This document shows, one piece after another, positions 58,885 through 64,000 of a stretch of 64,000 nucleotides of DNA. The notes under the pieces are model-generated. The model did not search any database. It was not told where the DNA came from and was given only the letters and a program-made list of their open reading frames with translations. Location of the stretch: assembly GCA_026914245.1 (NCBI GenBank), contig CP110440.1:2418001-2482000 (forward strand), given 5' to 3'. This stretch comes from Puccinia triticina. Its lineage: Eukaryota. Both the position numbers and the translations under genes were made by a program. Every line of letters begins with the position of its first letter. Within the stretch, counting starts at the first letter, position 1.

Positions 58885-59728
58885 TGTCAGCCTTAGAGTC
58901 AACACGGCTGACCTAAAGTCTGCCTCTTTTCTACTTATTACATATGAAATTACTTCATATCTTTTTCATCTTAAGAGATATCATTGTTTTGAATTCATTT
59001 TCTGTTTCCTCATGCAATTTTAACCCTAGTTACAACTTAACAATTCTTTGTAACTATACTCCTTCCCTGAGTTCTTGAGTTGTGGCACGCATGCGCAGTT
59101 GTGACGTGTCAGCGCTACCAGGCGCGCCAAACCACATGTACATATGTAATTACATAAGCAAACTGTGAAAATTTTCGAAGTCAGGATCCCCCTTGCCTGA
59201 GGAGGATCTACAGACTTCAGCACACCAGAAACACACCCCAGATAACCCAAGATCACCACCAAAGAGACTACCACGCTCCCAGTATACCTACCGTCACAGG
59301 CGCCTAGGATATTGACAGTAAGTAGACTCTTTTCACTGAACCTTGCTTATCCAGAGTGAAACTCTGTTGCTCTTGACTGTTTCTTCTTTTCTTCAACTCT
59401 TTCAATCTTAAAAGATCAAAAGGTTATCTCTGGTTAAGACCTACAAAACCAGAGCAGAGTAGTAACCCTACTTCTGAATCCCACCAACGTTTCCTTGTTG
59501 TGAGTGGAGGCTGTTGCACTCTTTCTTGGCCTTGCACAGCTGGCATCCAACTTTTCTAGGTTGAGAATAGCCCAGATCAATTAATTAAGACTTAAAGTCT
59601 AGGCCTGATCTTCTCTTTCTCTCTTTCTTTCTTCTCTCTCTGTTTGTATTTCTTTATCCCAAGAAATCCAACCAGAATCCCCCCATTTTCCTTGTGTCCT
59701 GTTGTCACACAAGAGACACAGGCTCACA
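58885..59728 (+). mobile_element. Solo LTR (844 bp)
   Basis: TGTCAG...CTCACA with a perfect 5-bp TSD AAAGT. Confidence 0.85.
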
Positions 59729-59837
59729 AAAGTACACCCCAAGTGGTTTGGAGTACATTTCAGCAGTACCCCTTTTTGGTGTGCATGATGTAAATTTTTG
59801 GGGTGCATTTAGGCCTACCCTATTTTTTATGCCCCCC

Positions 59838-60565
59838 TGTCAGCATTAGAGTCATTGTAGCTGACCTAAAGTCTGCCTTTATCATTTATTTCTACATAAA
59901 TCCTCTTATGAATTTTTGAGTTTAAGGTTGAACCTTTCTTTGACTTCAGATTCTTTTATCCCATCCAATTCTAACCCTAGTCTACACTGGGAAATTTTCA
60001 ATATCTCCTCTCCTCCATAGAGGTTCATATTTTCAACACATGCATGCGGCACCACAGATCAGGTGAAACAGAGCACTCCAAACACATGTACATATGTGAT
60101 TATGTCAGCCAACTTAATATAACTACTGTCACAGGTGCTTACTGATATTGACAGTAAGTAAACTCTTTCACTGAACCTTGCTTATCTCAGAGTGAAATTC
60201 TGTGTCTCTTGATTGCTTCTCTTCCTTTCTCTTCTCCCAAACCCATCCAATATCAAGGTTACTCTGTTAAGCCTAGACCTACTCTAAAAGTCAGAGCAGA
60301 TTAGTTTACTAATTCTGTTCCCCCCACCATTTCCTTGGTGCGGGCAGAGGTTGTTGCCCCTTTTGGTCTGGCACAGCTATCCTTACAACTTTTCCATTGT
60401 TCAAGTTGTCTTTGAGGATCCTCACTTGTTGAGTAGATAGACCATCTCCTGATCATCTTTTATCTCTTTCTCTCTCTCTCTCTACTTCTGTTTGTATTTC
60501 TTATCCCAGAAGTTCCCACCATTTTTTCTTGTGCCCTGTTGTCACTTTAGAGACACAAGCTCACA
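59838..60565 (+). mobile_element. Solo LTR (728 bp), diverged relative of 58885-59728
   Basis: TGTCAG...CTCACA with flanks CCCCC / CCTCC. Shares the blocks GCTGACCTAAAGTCTGCC and GATATTGACAGTAAGTA. Confidence 0.75.
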
Positions 60566-61314
60566 CCTCCCCTGCTCCACCTTTTTTTTATGTGTTCTGG
60601 AGCTGCTTGATTTATCCCCCCCCCCCCCCTGGCTGGCCTCCTCAGTCAAAGATCACAATGCTTGAATATTGTTTATGCCTCCCCCCCCTGCTCCATGTTG
60701 GCTAATCAGAAATAAAAACAATATACATAATAAAATCACCCAATACCCCATATACAGGATTGGATTCTTGATCCAATAGGATCAGATTGTCAATCCTATA
60801 CAGATTTTCTGCCCAGCATGTATTGGGGAAACCAATCATACATTGGATTGGGATTGCATTGCCTGCTCAATGTGATCCACAATTTTGCAATCTTATGCAT
60901 TAAGCAAACAATACAATCCAATGTGTATGCACATAAAACACATGGATTGTATTGGTTGCAGAGCTGTGTCTATTCAGGGAATTTTATTTGATTGATGAAT
61001 CTAAAAATAAATTTTTGTTCTTAAACACGCTGGCTGGAGATGTTTTTGGTTAGATATCATTCAATCTTCCAAATATGTTCCTTTAATGAAGACAGATCAT
61101 GAAAAGATAGTTAAATTTTCAAATTATGGCAGGAAAAAACTATGTGGTACTTTGAAATCAATGTGGAAAAGGAAATCTGCATGTTGATAATTAGATGGTC
61201 CAGAAAAGTTAAACTCCAATTTGTGTGATGAACACTTGCTTTGGATACCTGGACTTTCTGGGCTGTTTTGGAACTATTAGATTAGCCTGCTGGAATTTTA
61301 AGCTGGGAAATTGG

Positions 61315-62418
61315 TCAACTTGTGGTAAACTTCTTCTGGTGTAAGCTGTTATGCCGCATGATTCTTTTAGGAACTCTGGCCAATTCAAGCTGCGTTGCTT
61401 TCTGGAATATTTTTGACTTAAATCCTGATACCAATCAAGACAGGAATTATTGATTGATTGTGAAGGAGGAAAGGCAAGTTTTTAGTGAGTTATGCAGATA
61501 GGAGAGGAAGCATTTGATATTGAGTTACTTTGCTCCAATATTGGCTCTATTTGGTTGAGAAATCAGTGCTCACCTCTTAATAATTGGTCCCAGGACGGGT
61601 CTGAAAACAGTGTAGGGAATGCGGTTGGTTTTTGCCGTGGGTCTGTTGGTCTGGTGGTTGATCTCGTCGGTAATGTTGATGAGATGATTTGTTTGCTTGG
61701 GTGCATCATTTCGTCTTCTATCAGGCCGCATCGCCAAAGCAGTTGTGCAATTGTTGTGTTCTGAAACATAGGATGATACTTGCTGTTTTTCACCAGATGA
61801 TGATTGATCATCAAACGAATAGCTAAGAAGATTGATTTGCGAAGCTGATGGATTCTTCTATCCGTCCAAATCTCTTCGAATATGGGCTTGCATTGCAATA
61901 GGATTGCAAGCTTGGATATAACTATTTCGCCGCCCGTTCCTACCGCGACCCCAGATTCAGCGACTGAAGAACGTTGGGCTTGTGCGGAAATATTTTTCTT
62001 GAGAATTTTTGGGGCTGACAGTGGTTGGTATTTTTCGAGTAAGAGGTAATCGATCATCGCAACATGGCTATTGAGTCTATCAAAATATTCCTTATATTGC
62101 TTCCAAAGTCCAGAATTGAGAATTTCCTTTTTCGCTTGTTGCACACATTGTGCAAGGTCATTGAAATCTTTAGCCGCCTTCGTGCCGGGTACTACCTGAA
62201 GCAAAATAGACAAACAGAGAAAATTTGCATTCAGCTCATTTACTTGAAAAAACGGGGAAGAAATCTGGATGATTACGCTTTTCCAGGACCGACGGATGGG
62301 TTGTCGGCGAAACCACATTGCAAACGCTGCACAAGATGGCTGGTGCCACAAGTTGTTCAAAAAAACTGCATAGGGAGAGGAAGATTAGGCCAGCAGTAAC
62401 CTGTGAAGTGATATTCAT
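61315..62418 (-). CDS. Putative secreted protein (candidate effector), 3 exons
   Basis: ATG 62418 gives MNITSQVTAGLIFLSLCSFF (hydrophobic N-terminus). A GTAATC..TAG intron joins in frame to the long exon PGTKAAKDF...DQLLR. A GTGAGC..CAG intron joins to GFKSKIF...FTTS*. No recognisable domain. Confidence 0.55.
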
Positions 62419-64000
62419 GGTGTCTCGTCCGGTAGATGTCCAGCAAGGATTAGAAGGGCAATGTGAGCTCGGCTGCCCAAGCAATATTTTTGGACATATC
62501 TTGAACAATGGAAAGATGTCCATGTGTACAGGTCTGCAAACGAGTTACATGTTGACAAATATGACACCCAGTATGCATGTACTGACTGCGCCACCTTCTT
62601 TCAGGCCGTGATAGCTTTCGCCCGCTTCGTTTCAGCATGCCATGGAGCTCAGTTTTGCAATTGCTGTTTCATGAGTCTCAACTTCCTAATTAGGCAAATC
62701 AAGAATGCAATAAAATTCATATTTGGAACCCCCTTGAAAATTTGAGGATTACCCAATTATGTTTTTTTTTCCATCCCATGTTCCTCATGCAGAGCTATAC
62801 AACCCCTGCAGTGCTTTCTCCAAACAAGATGAACCTATCTAGATTCTACAAAATATAAAATAGATCTTAAATCCTTTCTTTTTTTAAAAACAGGTTGATA
62901 TAGGTTGATATGCATCACAAACACCAGTTCTCCTATATCTGTGTAAGGCGGTTTGGTTGAGGCTCTCCAGTTAACTTGGAAAAATGTGAGCTACGGTGTT
63001 CATAAGAAAGATACAGCCTGATAAAACTGGTTGCATGCTCCTGTATGCATGCCAGGTGAAGGACCTGCCACATATACAGAACAAGCTGTCTGTATCATGA
63101 CATACAATGCAAACTTGCAACCCTTCAGATAAACAATGGATGGATGAATCCCTGTCATGGTATGAGAGCCTCCCAGAAGTGATCTATAGCCTCAAAGCTA
63201 TACTTCCCTGAAGAAATCTACAATATATTCTGGGTCTATATAAAAAACTGCAAGGGCCCCAGATATGTATGAACTATGACAGGAAGTCACTCACTGGTTT
63301 GAATTCAGAGGTCTCTTCACAACTGTTTACACAAAATTAAAATATATTCCTGTCAATTTTGTCACATGTGTGATACAGCACCACAAAAAAGCTGAGGGGA
63401 ATAGGTGGCAGGTAACATGAAACCATTTCCATCCTCTCCACCAACCCTACACCTAAGAAAAAGTTGCAGAACCCCCTGATAATATATGTCATATGACAAA
63501 TGGGCCATTTTTATTCATGGGGAGTATAGTTAAAGTACAACTAGACTTTCAAACATTTTACTACCTGAAGGCTGAAGTGACACCTATTCACACAAATTCT
63601 TTCATAGTGCAGGGTGCAGCAATTATTATGTAAAATGCAGGACCATGCAAGGCACTGCTTCAAGCTTAAAATTAGTCACTTTTTAGAAAATTATTTTCCA
63701 AGCATTTATCAGACAGAGGTTTTTCAACAATTCTCATAATCTAGAACCAAAAGAGTATAGAAATTATCAGGAAAAAAAATTCCAAGAGCTCTTTTGGCAA
63801 CCAAACTTCAAATTGTTGCTGAATTGTGTTTGAACAAGTCATATGTACTGTGTTGGGTTTAGTCAGCATAGTAAATGAGCTTAAAGTTGGCTTTGGGATC
63901 AACCAATATGAATTCAAATCTGTGTGTCTAGTTTTTTTTTTGGTAGTGGAGGACTTCTGGTTGACTTGAAATAAATCTGGAATTCCAGGTCTCACAGGGG

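Noticed and set aside
1..64000. tRNA/rRNA genes and prokaryotic defence systems
   Set aside because: None recognised. The sequence is intron-containing fungal DNA.

Overview
Eukaryotic, repeat-rich fungal genomic DNA, most consistent with a rust fungus (Pucciniales, Puccinia-like). This is inferred from the basidiomycete-type Ubc2 adaptor, short GT-AG introns and microexons, the TE families and TpCpG-type mutations. Five apparently intact host genes: a Ubc2/Ste50-type SAM-RA-SH3-SH3 MAPK adaptor (21239-23791 +), a CinA/MoCF-domain FAD-diphosphatase-like protein (30887-32197 +), a signal-peptide/RING-like/TM protein (33649-34536 -), a PGC1-like glycerophosphodiester phosphodiesterase (43906-45389 -) and a putative secreted protein (61315-62418 -). 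One secreted-protein gene looks decayed (28732-30357 +). The rest is nested mobile DNA whose ends can mostly be fixed by TIRs/LTRs and target-site duplications (TSDs): a young intact Ty3/Gypsy element, degenerate Ty1/Copia elements, solo LTRs, hAT, PIF/Harbinger, Tc1-like, MULE-like and CACTA-like derivatives, foldback elements and a Helitron-like 3' end. The most notable signal is repeated gene-fragment capture by non-autonomous transposons (Pack-type). An 8.6-kb CACCA-ended element carries a RhoGEF DH fragment next to an intron-retaining, internally deleted but still open beta-tubulin copy. A 7.4-kb CACCA-ended element carries an intron-containing Gly-rich secreted-protein fragment. A 12-kb foldback element with coding-like cargo ends 335 bp upstream of ubc2. 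All homology calls come from motif recognition by eye, not database searches.
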